From Malacoraja senta (lineage: Eukaryota): 62,297 nucleotides of DNA. A model generated the notes under the pieces. That model saw nothing but the letters and a program-made list of their open reading frames with translations. It searched no databases and was not told the DNA's origin. The DNA lies in the NCBI GenBank assembly GCA_038087875.1, contig JAXLNO010000576.1:1-62297 (forward strand), written 5' to 3'. How positions within the stretch are numbered: position 1 is the first letter of the stretch; every line of letters begins with the position of its first letter. The position numbers and the translations under genes were made by a program. Shown here in pieces: positions 34,801 to 45,873 of the stretch.

Positions 34801-35418
34801 GGACACGTATAAATGATCAATACGGGAACCACCACCCTCAAACCTGTACGAGAAGGTGTTAGAGTCGGGATGGAAATTCCGCCAAGCATCTACCAGCTCA
34901 AAAGAGTCCACCATCTCCCTCAAAGTCTTCACTGCTCCCGGGTCACGCTGAACGCCAGAGCGATCTCTTGTCTCGAGGGCACAATTAAAATCTCCCCCAA
35001 GGAAAACACACTCCCCACGGTCGATAGTATTCAACAACGTGGTCACTTCCCTTGTTAAGCGCGTCTGCATTGCGCCGATCTTGGGGGCGTACACATTAAC
35101 GAAGTGTAATGGCACGCCATCCAAGCGCACGGCCAGATACAGCAAACGGCCTGGTACAACCTCCTGCACTTTGAGGATCTCTGGCTGGAAAGACGGGGCC
35201 AACAGGAAGGCTACTCCACTCGATTTGGAGCTGAGATGACTCATGTAGACCCCCCCTTCCCACTCCAGGAGCCATGTGGGTTCATCACTAGCCACAGTGT
35301 GTGTTTCCTGCAGGAAGCTCACCGCATACCTCCCGTCCCTGAGCACTGAGAGATGGTGAAACCTACGGAGAGACCCCCTGCCCCCATTGATATTCAGGCT
35401 GGCTATAGTGAGCTTCAT
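31888..35418 (-). CDS. Tx1 ORF2p: APE endonuclease, RT, C-terminal Cys/His finger; premature stop 43 codons before the probable true end at 31759
   Basis: SLNING, FLQETH, GGDFN, SRIDH, SDH; KNWRPVSLL, DQEKAFDRV, QGCPMS, YADDV; CHFC..H....C. Confidence 0.93.
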   Translation of the reverse strand: MKLTIASLNINGGRGSLRRFHHLSVLRDGRYAVSFLQETHTVASDEPTWLLEWEGGVYMSHLSSKSSGVAFLLAPSFQPEILKVQEVVPGRLLYLAVRLDGVPLHFVNVYAPKIGAMQTRLTREVTTLLNTIDRGECVFLGGDFNCALETRDRSGVQRDPGAVKTLREMVDSFELVDAWRNFHPDSNTFSYRFEGGGSRIDHLYVSKAYVSCVSAASMQPAPCSDHCLVRVDFIPAHTRAGSAYWHFNSQLLEDCRFRDSFRQFWARWRERQGRFLSLRQWWDVGKVYVRQFCQDYARGSTKGRESEIGRLERELLDSEARLDQTGGASCEWEEYQEKKGALRDLQLRRSRGAYVRSRVQMLHDLDRASPFFFSLEKGRGARRQLVELLADDGSSVTDPESIGASVRSFYRTLFSAGTSSGEAKEVLWEGLPAVCNDVAEHLDDPLTLEELTVALHQLRRGKSPGLDGLTVEYLRAFWDVLGGDYMKVLGESLATGEMPFSWRRAVVVLLPKKGDLRLLKNWRPVSLLSTDYKVFARALANRLGPVLSQVIHPDQSYTVPGRSIQDNIHLLRDLIHLSQGAGQSIAFLSLDQEKAFDRVEHDYLLGTLQVFGFGTHFVAWVRLLYTAAECLVKVNGSLLAPIPFGRGVLQGCPMSGQLYSICVEPFLCLLRRRLTGLALPGPGMEVVLSAYADDVLLMFTDHVDLRRMRECQQVFSAASSARINWGKCSGLLMGGWQVDSLPEEMAGFAWSTTHLLYLGVYPSPAEEGWPANWQELEAKVVARLGRWSGLLGVLSYRGRAVVINQLVASLLWYRMATMVPSSYFITMLQRRLVNFFWGERNHWVSAGVLSLPLEEGGQALVCIRTQVAALRLRTLRRYVYSDYPPKWHVLATYFFRQGRCLQEGSRLPVVGMSRRARRELPGFYRELLKARNLVTFSQGPAPQGEGGVVAVTGGVEERRVHGAIPDELTPAQAELFIGPMARDPPREPAPCNMSRLSEMPSVPFRGAERRVMYRLLLHTLHFLTLIFRPDTPWRSVLPPDEGSGPQWRSLYKGVLPLYIGDLGWRVLHKAVACNRYLSRFTDSSPACHFCGEEETVFHVYIECERLQPLFEYLKGLLLKFWLHFSPTLLQGGEGREGGGGLPVGLLLGLAKMAIRESRQRAVDGRTAVGCLPLFRG

Positions 35419-37514
35419 TTTGAAAGTACACTAGATCTTTTACCCCTCCCCGGTGATGGGTTGGAGCCGCCCCTACCCTTCTTCCCTCTCTTTAGGGTCT
35501 TAAAAAGCTCTTGGAACTGGCGCCTCTCATTTCTTACTAGCCCCGCCTCATTCCCCTTCTTCTGAAGGATGGCATGAATAGACTGCATGGGCGCCATCAG
35601 GTCCGACCATCGGTCAACAGCCAAATCCACCTTATTCCTACTCCCTCTAGTTTCCTTTAAGAACTTCCGAAGTTCCCAGACTTCGACAAGTCGAGACACG
35701 GGGCCACGGGTGGAGCAGTCCGTCAACTCACTGTCAACGTACTCCGCGTACCCTTCCTCCTCGCACTCAATGTCCGAGCCCGAGTCCAGAAGGTTACTAC
35801 TCTCATCCGCCTCGCTCACCCCTCCCTGTGAGGTGGGCATTCCAGCCACATCACACAGTCCCTCCTCTGTCACCATCCCACCCCCAGGATCAGTGACAGG
35901 GCCAGGTACCAGTGCCTCTGACCGCGGCAAGCTATCTGACAATTTGCCCGTCTCCTGCACGCTCCCATCGCCCTCTGTAACCGGATTGGGAACAGTGAAG
36001 TCAGAGCAAGTCTCCGGGCCTTGCTGTAAGCGGGTCTGTCTGGAGTCCGACCTAAGGACACGATCCAAAACGATCTTGCCCTCCTCCGCACCCAGGGTAT
36101 CCGCCCCTGCACCGTCATCCAGAGAGTCCCCGTCCCCCACCACCAGGTGAATCCCCCCACTGTGGCCCTCAGGGGCCGATGTTACTGGAGTCTCCCCTGC
36201 TCCCTCAACCAGTGGGGCATCACACCCCTCAACTGGGCTTGTAGCCTCAACGGGGAGCTCATGCTGGGGACCCACCCCCTCACCCAAGTCCCCCCCTTCA
36301 GGCTGCCCCTGGTCACCCACTAAGCTAGCAGACGTGTTTTCTGGGGGAACAGCCCCCAAGAGCAATATATCTCCACTCTCAGGTGGTCCCAGACCTACAG
36401 AGGCATCCTCCCCCTCAGAGGAAACGTGCCCTGGGTACCCCACCTCAACAGGAGGGGAAGGCTCCCCTTCAGGTTGCCCCTGAACTTCAGGGCCCTTCTC
36501 TGTATCGGAGGACCCATGCCTCCTCCTCTTCGAACCACTGGCGTACGGTGGTACGGTGAGCTCCATTGCAGAAGCCTCTACCTCTACACTACCGTCTATC
36601 TCAGAGGCGAGCATGAAATTATCTGCTGCCTGGGGTCCCGCTTGGAGGTGATCATCTTCTAGGGGACCCGCCTGGAGATGTTTCTTCTTTTTCTTGACTT
36701 TCCTCCCCTGCTGATGCCCCAAACCTTCCCATCCACCCTACGCACTTCTCCGGCATCCACCGCCACAGGTACGGGACATGGGGGTGGTGGGGGGATAGGG
36801 GTTGGGGGTAGGGGAGTAAAGCCTTCATGGGCCACCGTGGTAAAACCAGCAGCCCCAGATGGGCCTGTAGTGCTTTCCCGTGCCATCGTGGTTGAACTGG
36901 CAGCCCGGGTCCTGGGACAATTCTTGCGAAAATGCCCCACCTTTTTGCAAGTGTGACAACGCACTTGGCCCGCATTCCAGAACACGCGATAGGAGAAATC
37001 ATCCACCTCCACCTCAAAACTCCCCTCCGTGTCCGTCCCCTGTGCCAACTGTATATACACGCGACGCTTGAACGTATATATATGCTGCATCTCAGGATCG
37101 TCAAACCTGTACAACAGTTTGGTGAGCCCTGACCGCACCTCCCCCAGCTTCCTTACATGTGGGAGCAGGAGTGTATCCGGAACAAAAGTGGGAACGTTGG
37201 ACAGAATGACCGGCAAAACGGGACCCCCCCATGGGTCCACCGCCGCGAAAATCCCCCCTGCTGTTACCCCTCTTTCCAGAGCCAGAGCCACCGCCTGTTC
37301 AGTCTTTAGTATAACCACAACCTTCCCACTGACCACCGCGCCCGAGACTATGGCTTTCTTGCCAACAGTCTCACCCAACGCATCTAGAAAGGCCTTTAAG
37401 GGCAGGTTGCTCTTCATGTACATTTTTACACCATATGTGCGCCCCATCAACTCGTGGCCCTCAGTCTCGGAGACTGCCGACCGTGCAGCAGCTGCATAAC
37501 TCTGGGGCCGCCAT
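35415..37514 (-). pseudogene. Tx1 ORF1p (gag-like, CCHC knuckle), frameshifted
   Basis: SYAAAA N-terminus out of frame with the ATG at 37514; CHTCKKVGHFRKNC; second frameshift near 36720-36800; stop overlaps the ORF2 start (ATGA). Confidence 0.85.
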
Positions 37515-39704
37515 CTTTAGGGCGTGGCACAACACACAAAGTATCAGTAGTTTATATCCAAATCAGTCTTTCTGCTGTTGCTGCACCTCCACTCTTTTCC
37601 AGCAGTTAAATAGTCTTGTGAAGGCTTTCTTGGTAAGCAACAGAAGCAGTCTCCTCCTGATAAGATAGGAATGTCCGTGCCAATCCTCCCCGTCGTCAAA
37701 AATGGAGCTTCCTTATGCTTCTTCCTCAGGTCTCCGGCGCCTCCCCGGCTTCAACGAAATCCAAGGCACTGTTGCCGTTCTTACCCAGCCCACCTGGACC
37801 GGGCAAGTCAGTGTAGGAGGGAGCTTTCCGATGTTACTGACCACAAACACCGCTCTAGACTCAGCTCCCACTCGTTCAAGTGTAACTTGGCCTTCCGCCA
37901 GCCACTGCCGCTCCTACGACTTTACAGATACACGGACAAATCCTCCCTAATTAGAGGAATCTTTGAACAAAGAAAGTCTCTGCAGATCGACAAAGCTCTA
38001 AACTGCAAAGTCTGACTGCTTTTGTTTCTCCCCGCCAAACAAAACCTTCCGAAAAGTTCATCAAATCCTCCCCGCCAGCAGAACAGCTCCTCACCTGGCC
38101 CCGCTGTGGGAGTAGAAGTGGAGGCGCATCCGGACTGCAACGGCCGTGAGCCCCAGGCCGAGTTCGGTGATCGTTTGCCTGCTTCTGCTGCTGTTGGCGG
38201 TGAGACGTTGCATCGCGCCAGGGTCTTGGGCCTGTCCCACTTTGGCCGTCAGTTACGCGACAGGCCGTTGGCGCGCGAAGATTTCGTTCACTACAAAAAT
38301 TTTGGAGCTCCGCTCGATATCGCTCACAACTACATACCCCTCCGCGCTTCTCAGTGGGACCGGCCCCGCGCGGCCGTACGATGCCCGTGCGCCTCAACTC
38401 GACGACGAGGTTGCGTAATTTGCGTGCCAAGGACACATAAGTGGGACAGGCCCTTAACTCTGATAAATTCATCCAGTGAATTGGCCTCCACTGCCTTCTG
38501 TGGCAGAGAATTCCACAGATTCACAACTCTGGGTGAAAAGGTTATTTTCTCATCTCAGTTTTAAATGGCCTCCTCTTTATTCTTAGACTGTGGCCCCTGG
38601 TTCTGGACTCCCCCAACATTAGGAACATTTTTCCTGCATCTCATTTGTCCAGTCCTTTTATAAATGTATACGTTTCTATAAGATATCCTCTCATCCTTCT
38701 AAATTCCAATGAATACAAGCCCGGTCTTTCCAATCTTTCCTCATATGACAGTCCCGCCAACCCGGGGATTAACCTTGTGAACCTGCGCTGCAGTGCCTCA
38801 ATAGCAAGCATGTCCTTCCTCAAATTAGGAGTCCAAAACTGCACACAATACTCCAGATGTGGTCTCACCAGGTCCCTGTACAACTACAGAAGGACTCTTT
38901 ACTCCTATATTCAAATCCTCTCGTTATGAAGGATTTTTTACTGCCTGCTGTACCTGCAAGTTTACTTTTAGTGACTGGTGTACAAGGACACCCAGGTCTC
39001 GTTGCACTTCCCTTTTTCCTAATCTGACACCATTGAGATAATAATCTGCCTCCTTGTTCTTGCCGCCAGTGGATAACCTCACATTTATCAACATTCTACT
39101 GCATCTGCCATGCATCTGCCCGCTCACTCAACCTGTCCAAGTCACCCTGCAACTTCCTAGCATCCTCTTTGCAGTTCACACTGCCACCCAGCTTTGTGTC
39201 ATCTGCAAATTTGCTAGTGTTACTTTTAATTCCACCATCTAAATCATTAATATATATTGTAAATAGTTGCGGGCCCAGCACCGAGCCTTGCGGCACTCCA
39301 CTCGCCACTGCCTGCCATTTTGACTGGGACCCGTTTATTCCTACTCTTTGTTCCTGACTGCCAACCAATTCTCTATCCATGTCAATATCCTACCTCCCAA
39401 TACCATGTGCTCTAATTTTGCCCACTAATCTCCTGTGTGGGACCTCATCAAAGTCTTTCTGAAAGTCCAGATACACTACATCCACTGACTCTCCTTCATC
39501 CATTTTACTTGTCACATCCTCAAAAAATGTCCAGAAGATTAGTCAAGCAGGATTTCACCTTCATAAATCCATGCTGACTTGGAAGAACCATTTTACTGCT
39601 CTTGGTTCAACTGCAACACTGACACTTCTGATTTAACCTTCTCCCTCTCAAATTGCAGATTAAAACATCATATTATGGTCACTACCTCCTAGCGGTTCCT
39701 TTAC

Positions 39705-41110
39705 CTAGACCAGTTAGCCTGACATCGGTGGTGGGGAAGATGCTGGAGTCAATCATAAAAGATGAAATAGCGGCACATTTCGATAGCAGTAACAGGATCG
39801 GTCCGAGTCAGCATGGATTTACGAAGGGGAAATCATGCTTGACTAATCTTCGGGAATCTTTTGAGGATGTAACTAGTAAAATGGACAAGGGAGAGCCAGT
39901 GGATATAGTATACCTGGACTTTCAGAAGGCATTTGATAAGGTCCCACATAGGAGATTAGTGGGCAAAATTAGGGCATATGGTAATGGGGGTAGAGTGCTG
40001 ACATGGATAGACAAGTGGTTGGCAGACAGGAAACAAAGAGTAGGGATTAACGAGTCCCTTTCAGAATGGCAGGCAGTAACTAGTGGGGTACCGCAAGGCT
40101 CGGTGCTGGGACCGCAGCTATTTACAATATATATTAATGATTTCAATGATTTAGATGAAGGGATTCAAAGTTACATTAGCAAATTTGCAGATGACACAAA
40201 GCTGGGTGGCAGTGTGAACTGTGAGGAAGATGCTATGAGAATGCAGAATGACTTGGACAGGTTGGGTGAATGGGCAGATGCATGGCAGATGCAGTTTAAT
40301 GTGGATAAATGTGAGGTTACCACTTTGGTAGCAAAAACAGGAAGGCAGGTTATTATCTAAATGGTGTCAAGTTGGGAAAAGGGGAAGTACAACAGGATCT
40401 GGGGGTCCTTGTTCATCAGTCAATGAAAGTAAGCATGCAGGTGCAGCAGGCAGTGAAGAAAGCGAAGGGCATGTTGGCCTTCTTAACAAGAGGAGTTGAG
40501 TATAGGAGCAAAGAGGTCCTTCTGCAGTTGTACAGGGCCCTAGTGAGACCAAACCTGGAGTATTATGTGCAGTTTTGGTCCCCTAATTTGAGGGAGAACA
40601 TTCTTGCTATTGAGGGAGTGCAGCGTAGGTTTACAAGGTTAATTCCCGGGAAGGCAGGACTGTCATATGCTGAGAGAATGGAGCAGCTGGGCTTGGATAC
40701 TCTGGAGTTTAGAAGGATGAGAGAGGATCTTATTGAAACATATAAGATTATTAAGGGTTTGGACACACTAGAGGCAGGAAACATGTTCCCGATGTTTGGG
40801 GAGTCCAGAATCAGGGGCCACAGTTTAAGAATAAGGGGTAAGCCATTTAGAACGGAGATGAGGAAACACATTTTCACACAGAGAGTTGTGAGTCTGTGGA
40901 ATTCACTGCCTCAGAGGGCAGTGGAGGCTGGTTCTCTGGATACTTTCAAAGAGAGAGCTAGATAGGGTTCTTAAAGATAGCGGAGTCAGAGGATATGGGG
41001 AGAAGGCAGGAACGGGGTACGGGGATGATCAGCCATGATCACATTGAATGGCGGTGCTGGCTCGAAGAGCCGAATGGCCTACTCCTGCACCTATTGTTTA
41101 TTGTCTATTG
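39705..41110 (+). mobile_element. 5'-truncated CR1 (RT to tail)
   Basis: RPVSLTSVVGK...FADD...WNSLPQ; tail ctattgtttattgtctattg. Confidence 0.92.
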
Positions 41111-42640
41111 AGTTCCCTTATTAAATATGGTTCATTAAACAACACGAAATCCAGAATTGCCTTCTCTCTGGTAGGCTCCAGTACAAGCTACTCTAATGGG
41201 CCTGTCCAACTTAAGCGATTTTTCAGCGGACTGCCGGCGACTGTCAAGTTGCCGGCAGTCACCTGAAAAACCTGGAACTGGAACGGCGACTGTCAGAGTG
41301 GAACACACACACATACTCATCACAAAGGCGGGGGCCAGGGCAAGCGGGGGGGACGCTGTCTGAAATTCACTCGGTGCAAAGCCAAGGTAATACAGACACA
41401 CACGGTGATGAACAGGAAGGTTGGCGCTGCAATTAAGATGGCTAGCACAGTGTACGGTAAGTCCTTTAAAAGAAGGGGGGGGGGGAGAAGGAATGGAGAC
41501 AACTTTTAAGAAGCCAAACAACTTTTAATAAGCCAGAGATACACGGCTGTGAAGTTCGGCAGACATTTAACATTACCGGTCGGTTATCCTTGGTTCTGAA
41601 AACTACTGCTTACGTTTTTTTCCCCATTGAGCCAATGAAATTCACCGGTCAGCACTGCCTACAACCTATGAGAACCTAAGAGAACCTTCGACCTCCTGGC
41701 AACCCACTAGGACCTCCTGGAGACCCACCTACGGCTCGGAAATTCTCGCTACTCTCCATGGCGGCTTCATTCTAGCCGCCGCTAATTTTTCAACATGTTG
41801 AAAAATTCTCGTCGACCATAATGAGGCCGCGACTAGTTCCCAGAATGTGAACTCCTCACGACCCGGCAACCATCCGCGAACATGGTCTCCTGAAATCGCC
41901 TAAAATGTCGCCTAAGTGGGACAGGGCCATAAGAATCCATCTCGGAGGCACTCTACAAACTTCCTTTCTTGGGGTCCAGAACCAACCTGATTTTCCCAAT
42001 CTACCTGCATATTGAAATCTCCCATAACCACAGTGGCATTACCTTTGTTACATGCCAATCTCAACTCCTGCTGCACCTATATCCAGGCTACTGTTTGGGG
42101 GCCTGTATTTAACTCCCATTAGTGTCTCCTTACCTTTACAATTCCTTAATTCTATCCACATCGACTCTACATCATCAGTCCCTATGTCACCCCTTGCAAG
42201 GGACTGAATTTCATCCCTCACCAACAGAGCTACCCCACCTCCTGTGCCCATCTGCCTGTCCCTTCTATAGGACGTATAACCCTGAATATTCAGTTCCCAA
42301 TCCCGATCCTCCTACAGCCATGTCTCTCTAATCCCCACAATGTCATATCTACCAAGGTCTAACTAAGCCTCAAGCTCATCCACTCTACTTCTTATACTTC
42401 ACGCATTCATATACTGTATAATACTTTTAATCCATTACTCACCTCACCTTTCACATCGATTCCTATTTCAATTGGCCATACTCTCCTATCTGTTTGTGAG
42501 CTTTCTGTCCCGTTAATTCTGGTGTCTTTCTTAACTTTTCTATACTCTCTTTCTCTTTAACTTAATTTGTCTCCCCTCCCCCCACCCCCCCGCTATTTAG
42601 TTTAAACCCACCCGTGTAACAGTGGCAAACCTGTACTGAC
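41110..42640 (-). mobile_element. CR1 endonuclease-region fragment split by a MITE
   Basis: Minus strand GGGVALLVRDEI...ESMWIELRN...YRPPNS; ctcTAAgaatcc is restored on removing the MITE. Confidence 0.8.
41197..41929. mobile_element. PIF/Harbinger-type MITE (733 bp)
   Basis: TIR TGGGCCTGTCCAACTTAAGCGA ... TCGCCTAAGTGGGACAGGGCCA; TAA TSD at 41194-41196 and 41930-41932; 24-bp palindrome at 41784-41807. Confidence 0.88.
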
Positions 42641-42834
42641 TAGTAGCTTCCTAAGTATTTTCCTTTCTCCTGAAATGGAAGTGCATGCACAGTAGTAAAA
42701 AGTTAATAACCTACCTGGTGAAATATCTCCCCTCCCTCCAGGAGTTTTATCTTACCCAGCCACGTAATCCACATATTCATTGTAGCAGATGTTGGAGAGT
42801 ATTGTTTTGCAAGAAGGTTTAGGGTAGTGTTAAT

Positions 42835-43665
42835 GTGTGGGAAGGAACTGCAGATCCTGGTTTGAACCAAAGATGTACACAAAAAGCTGGAGTCACTCAA
42901 CAGGTCAGACAGCATCTCTGGAGAAAAGTAGTAGGTGATGTTTCTGGACCCGAAACTGCCTGGCCTGCTGTGTTACTCCAGCTTTTTGTGTCCATCTGGG
43001 GTGTCTTGGACAATGGTCATCAGGGAGTGGACCAGGGGGGATAGGATGGATGTGGAAATGATTTCAGTGGGGCAGGAACAGGCAAAAGCAACGTGTCTGC
43101 CAGGGCAGTTGTGTTTATGGATTTTGGGGGAGAAGGTAAAACGGTCTGTGCGGGACTGGGGAATGGTATGGTTGGAGGCTGTGGAAGACAGACAGCCGAA
43201 AGTGATAACATCAGAGATGGGCTGTGTGATAATGGCCCGGTGCTTATCTGTGGGGTCATGGTCCAGGGGAAAGTAGGAGGATGTGTCCGAGAGTTGGCAC
43301 CTGGCCTTAGCCCGATAGAGGTCAGTGCGCCAGACTACCACGGCACCCCCCTTCTCGGCCGATTTGATGATATTGTCGGGGTTGCTGCAGAGTGAGCGGA
43401 GGGCTGTACATTCGGAGGGGGTGAAGGTAAGGGGAGTGGAAAAGTTAAGATGTTTCATATCATGCCGGCGGTTAGAAATGAAAAGGTCTAAAGAGGGTAG
43501 AAGGCCATCCAGGGGAGTCCAAGAGGAGGGGGACTGGTGGAGACAGGAAACGGGGTTATCACTGGGTGGTGGGAAGTCTTTCCCAAAGAAAAAGGCAAGG
43601 AGGCAGAGGTAACGGAAGAAAAGCTCTACATCATGGCGGACCCGGAACTCGTTGATGTGGGGGTG
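42835..43665 (-). mobile_element. Penelope-like element: RT N-terminal remnant plus short fold-back repeat
   Basis: RSLCSNPDNIIKSAEKGGAVVVWR (PLE IKPADKG motif), PKIHK; associated repeat at 42835-42992. Confidence 0.82.
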
Positions 43666-43669
43666 GTGG

Positions 43670-44105
43670 GGAACAAATGAAAGAATGGGTCGACTGGGCT
43701 TGTTTTCACTGGAATTTAGAAGGATGAGAGGATATCTTATAGAAACATATACAATTCTTAAAGGATTGGACTGGCTAGATGCAGGAAAACATTTCCCGAT
43801 GTTGGGCGAGTCCAGAACCAGGGGTCACAGGTTAAGAATAAGGGACTGAGATGAGGAAAAATGTCTTCACGCAGAGAGTTGTGAATCTGTGGAATTCGCT
43901 GCCACAGAAGGCAGTGGAGGCCAATTGTCTGGATGTTTTCAAGAGAGAGTTAGATTTAGATCTTAGGGCATAATGAATCAAAGAATACAGGGAAAGAGCA
44001 GGAACGGGGTACTGATTTTAGACAATCAGCCATGATCATATTGAATGGCGGTGCTGGCTCGAAGGGCTGAATGGCCTACTTCTGCACCTATTTTTCTGTT
44101 TCGAT
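43670..44105 (+). mobile_element. CR1 3' fragment
   Basis: ERMGRLGLFSLEFRRMRG; same subfamily as 19480-19965. Confidence 0.88.
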
Positions 44106-44128
44106 GTGAGGCCTCTGTTGAGGACTGA

Positions 44129-45873
44129 ACTGAACTGAACATTATTTATAGAGCACTTTAAAAACAACCACTGTTGCAACAAAGTGCTGTACATGACCAA
44201 TCATAAACATAAAACAAAACAATAAAAACATTAAAGACAGTAAAAACAATAAAAAAACAATAGAAACACTAAAACAGGAACAAAGTCTCATGCAGGGTCA
44301 AAAGCCAAGGAATAGAAAAGGGTTTTAAGACTAGCTTTGAAAACGGACAGTGAAGGGGCCTGTCTAATGTGCAAAGGTAGAGTGTTCCATAATGTCGGAG
44401 CAGCAACAGAGAAGGCTCTATCCCCTCTGAGCTTCCGCTTTGACCTCGGTACCTCCAGGAGCAGCTGATCAGCTGACCTGAGGCACCGAGCAGGAGCGTA
44501 GGGATGAAGCAGCTCAGAGAGGTAAGGCGGGGTGAGACCATTTAAAGATTTAAAAACAAATAAAAGAATCTTAAAATGAACTCTAAAGTACACAGGCAGC
44601 CAGTGGAGGGAGGCCAGAATAGGCGTTATGTGCTCCCTCTTACGTGTTCCAGTTAAAAGGCGAGCAGCAGCATTCTGAACCAACTGCAGACGTGCAAGGG
44701 ATGATTGGCTAACTCCAAAATAAAGTGCGTGACAGTAATCCAGCCGAGACGTGATGAAGGCATGGATTACTGTTTCAAAATGCTGTCGTTCAAGAATGGG
44801 CTTCACCTTTGCCAGCTGCCTTAAATGAAAGAAGCTGGACTTAACTACCGCGCCTATTTGACGATCTAATTTAAAATCACTGTCCATCTTAAAACCCAAG
44901 TTTAAAACTGTTGGCTTCACATACAGTGCCAAGGGACCCAAGTCAACAGGGGGAGGTTCACGGGGGCCATTGGGACCAAACACTATCACTTCTGTTTTCT
45001 TTTCATTAAAATTTAAAAAGTTTAGGGCCATCCAGGATTTAATGTCATCAAGACATAACAGAAGTGGTTTGACTGAGAAAGCATCTTTCTTCTTCAGCGG
45101 AACATAGATCTGACTATCATCAGCATAACAATGAAAAGAGATGCCATGCTTTCTAAGAATGGAACCCAGAGGAAGTAAGTACAGTGAGAAAAGCAGGGGC
45201 CCCAAAATTGAGCCCTGTGGAACCCCATATGACAGAGGAGCGGAGGAGGATTCAAAACCAGCAAGGCTTACACACATAGTTCTGTCTGCCAGATAAGATC
45301 TGAACCATTCCAGGGCACTACCACATATGCCCACTAGGTGCCATAACCGAGTTACTAAAATATCATGATCCACTGTATCAAAGGCAGCAGATAGGTCCAG
45401 CAGGACGAGAATCACATAATCACCAGAATCATTAGCTAGGAGGATGTCATTAAAGACCCTTAGCAATGCTGACTCTGTGCTATGCATAGTTTTAAACCCA
45501 GACTGGAAAACCTCCCGAATATTATGCTCGTCCAAGAAAAGTTTTAACTGAGCATAAACAACTTTCTCCAAGATTTTAGAAATAAAAGGCAACTTGGAGA
45601 TGGGCCTAAAATTGGCCAATACAGTTTGATCCAGGCCAGGTTTCTTAAGCAGGGGTTGCACTACTGCATGTTTAAAACTTACGGGGACAACTCCAGAACA
45701 CAGACTGCTGTTAATAATAGCAAGAACCGACTGCCCTATACTGGGGAAAACCTCTTTAAAAAGATGAGGAGGGACAGCATCACAAGGGGAACCTGATGGC
45801 TTAATATGGCTAACCACATCCTCTAAAAGCGACAATGTCACAGGCACAAACTTATCAAATACCACCAAGCATG
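44129..45873 (-). mobile_element. 5'-truncated L2-clade LINE
   Basis: RT ORF, 3' tail agcactttg...aaagtgctctataaataat(gttca)n, TSD GGACTGA at 44122-44128 and 45874-45880. Confidence 0.9.
44288..45868 (-). CDS. L2 reverse transcriptase (uninterrupted 526-aa C-terminal part)
   Basis: NFRPISKLPFISKILEK, FQSGF, LLDLSAAFDTVDH, GVPQGSILGP, YADD, RLDYC, LHWLPV. Confidence 0.9.
   Translation of the reverse strand: MVVFDKFVPVTLSLLEDVVSHIKPSGSPCDAVPPHLFKEVFPSIGQSVLAIINSSLCSGVVPVSFKHAVVQPLLKKPGLDQTVLANFRPISKLPFISKILEKVVYAQLKLFLDEHNIREVFQSGFKTMHSTESALLRVFNDILLANDSGDYVILVLLDLSAAFDTVDHDILVTRLWHLVGICGSALEWFRSYLADRTMCVSLAGFESSSAPLSYGVPQGSILGPLLFSLYLLPLGSILRKHGISFHCYADDSQIYVPLKKKDAFSVKPLLLCLDDIKSWMALNFLNFNEKKTEVIVFGPNGPREPPPVDLGPLALYVKPTVLNLGFKMDSDFKLDRQIGAVVKSSFFHLRQLAKVKPILERQHFETVIHAFITSRLDYCHALYFGVSQSSLARLQLVQNAAARLLTGTRKREHITPILASLHWLPVYFRVHFKILLFVFKSLNGLTPPYLSELLHPYAPARCLRSADQLLLEVPRSKRKLRGDRAFSVAAPTLWNTLPLHIRQAPSLSVFKASLKTLFYSLAFDPA

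Larger units (their letters stand above)
31627..38095 (-). mobile_element. Full-length Tx1-clade (L1 group) non-LTR retrotransposon
   Basis: 5' UTR, ORF1, ORF2, A-rich tail; TSD TGGCCCCGCT at 31617-31626 and 38096-38105. Confidence 0.93.
31575..38454. mobile_element. PIF/Harbinger-type MITE (arms 31575-31626 and 38096-38454) containing a Tx1 LINE
   Basis: ~38-bp TIRs (31575-31612 and 38417-38454, 4 mismatches); TAA TSD at 31572-31574 and 38455-38457. Confidence 0.9.
31400..39600 (-). mobile_element. CR1 3' fragment (31400-31574 and 38458-39600) split by the MITE/Tx1 composite
   Basis: Removing the insert and one TAA restores ...ctatcTAActct...atccagtgaattggcc, continuous CR1 sequence. Confidence 0.9.

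Noticed and set aside
32356..37499. Plus-strand ORFs opposite the Tx1 element (and opposite the CR1s)
   Set aside because: Antisense shadows of GC-rich TE coding sequence.
42710..42820. Minus-strand cag|gtaggt donor with a short open frame
   Set aside because: No acceptor or recognisable protein.
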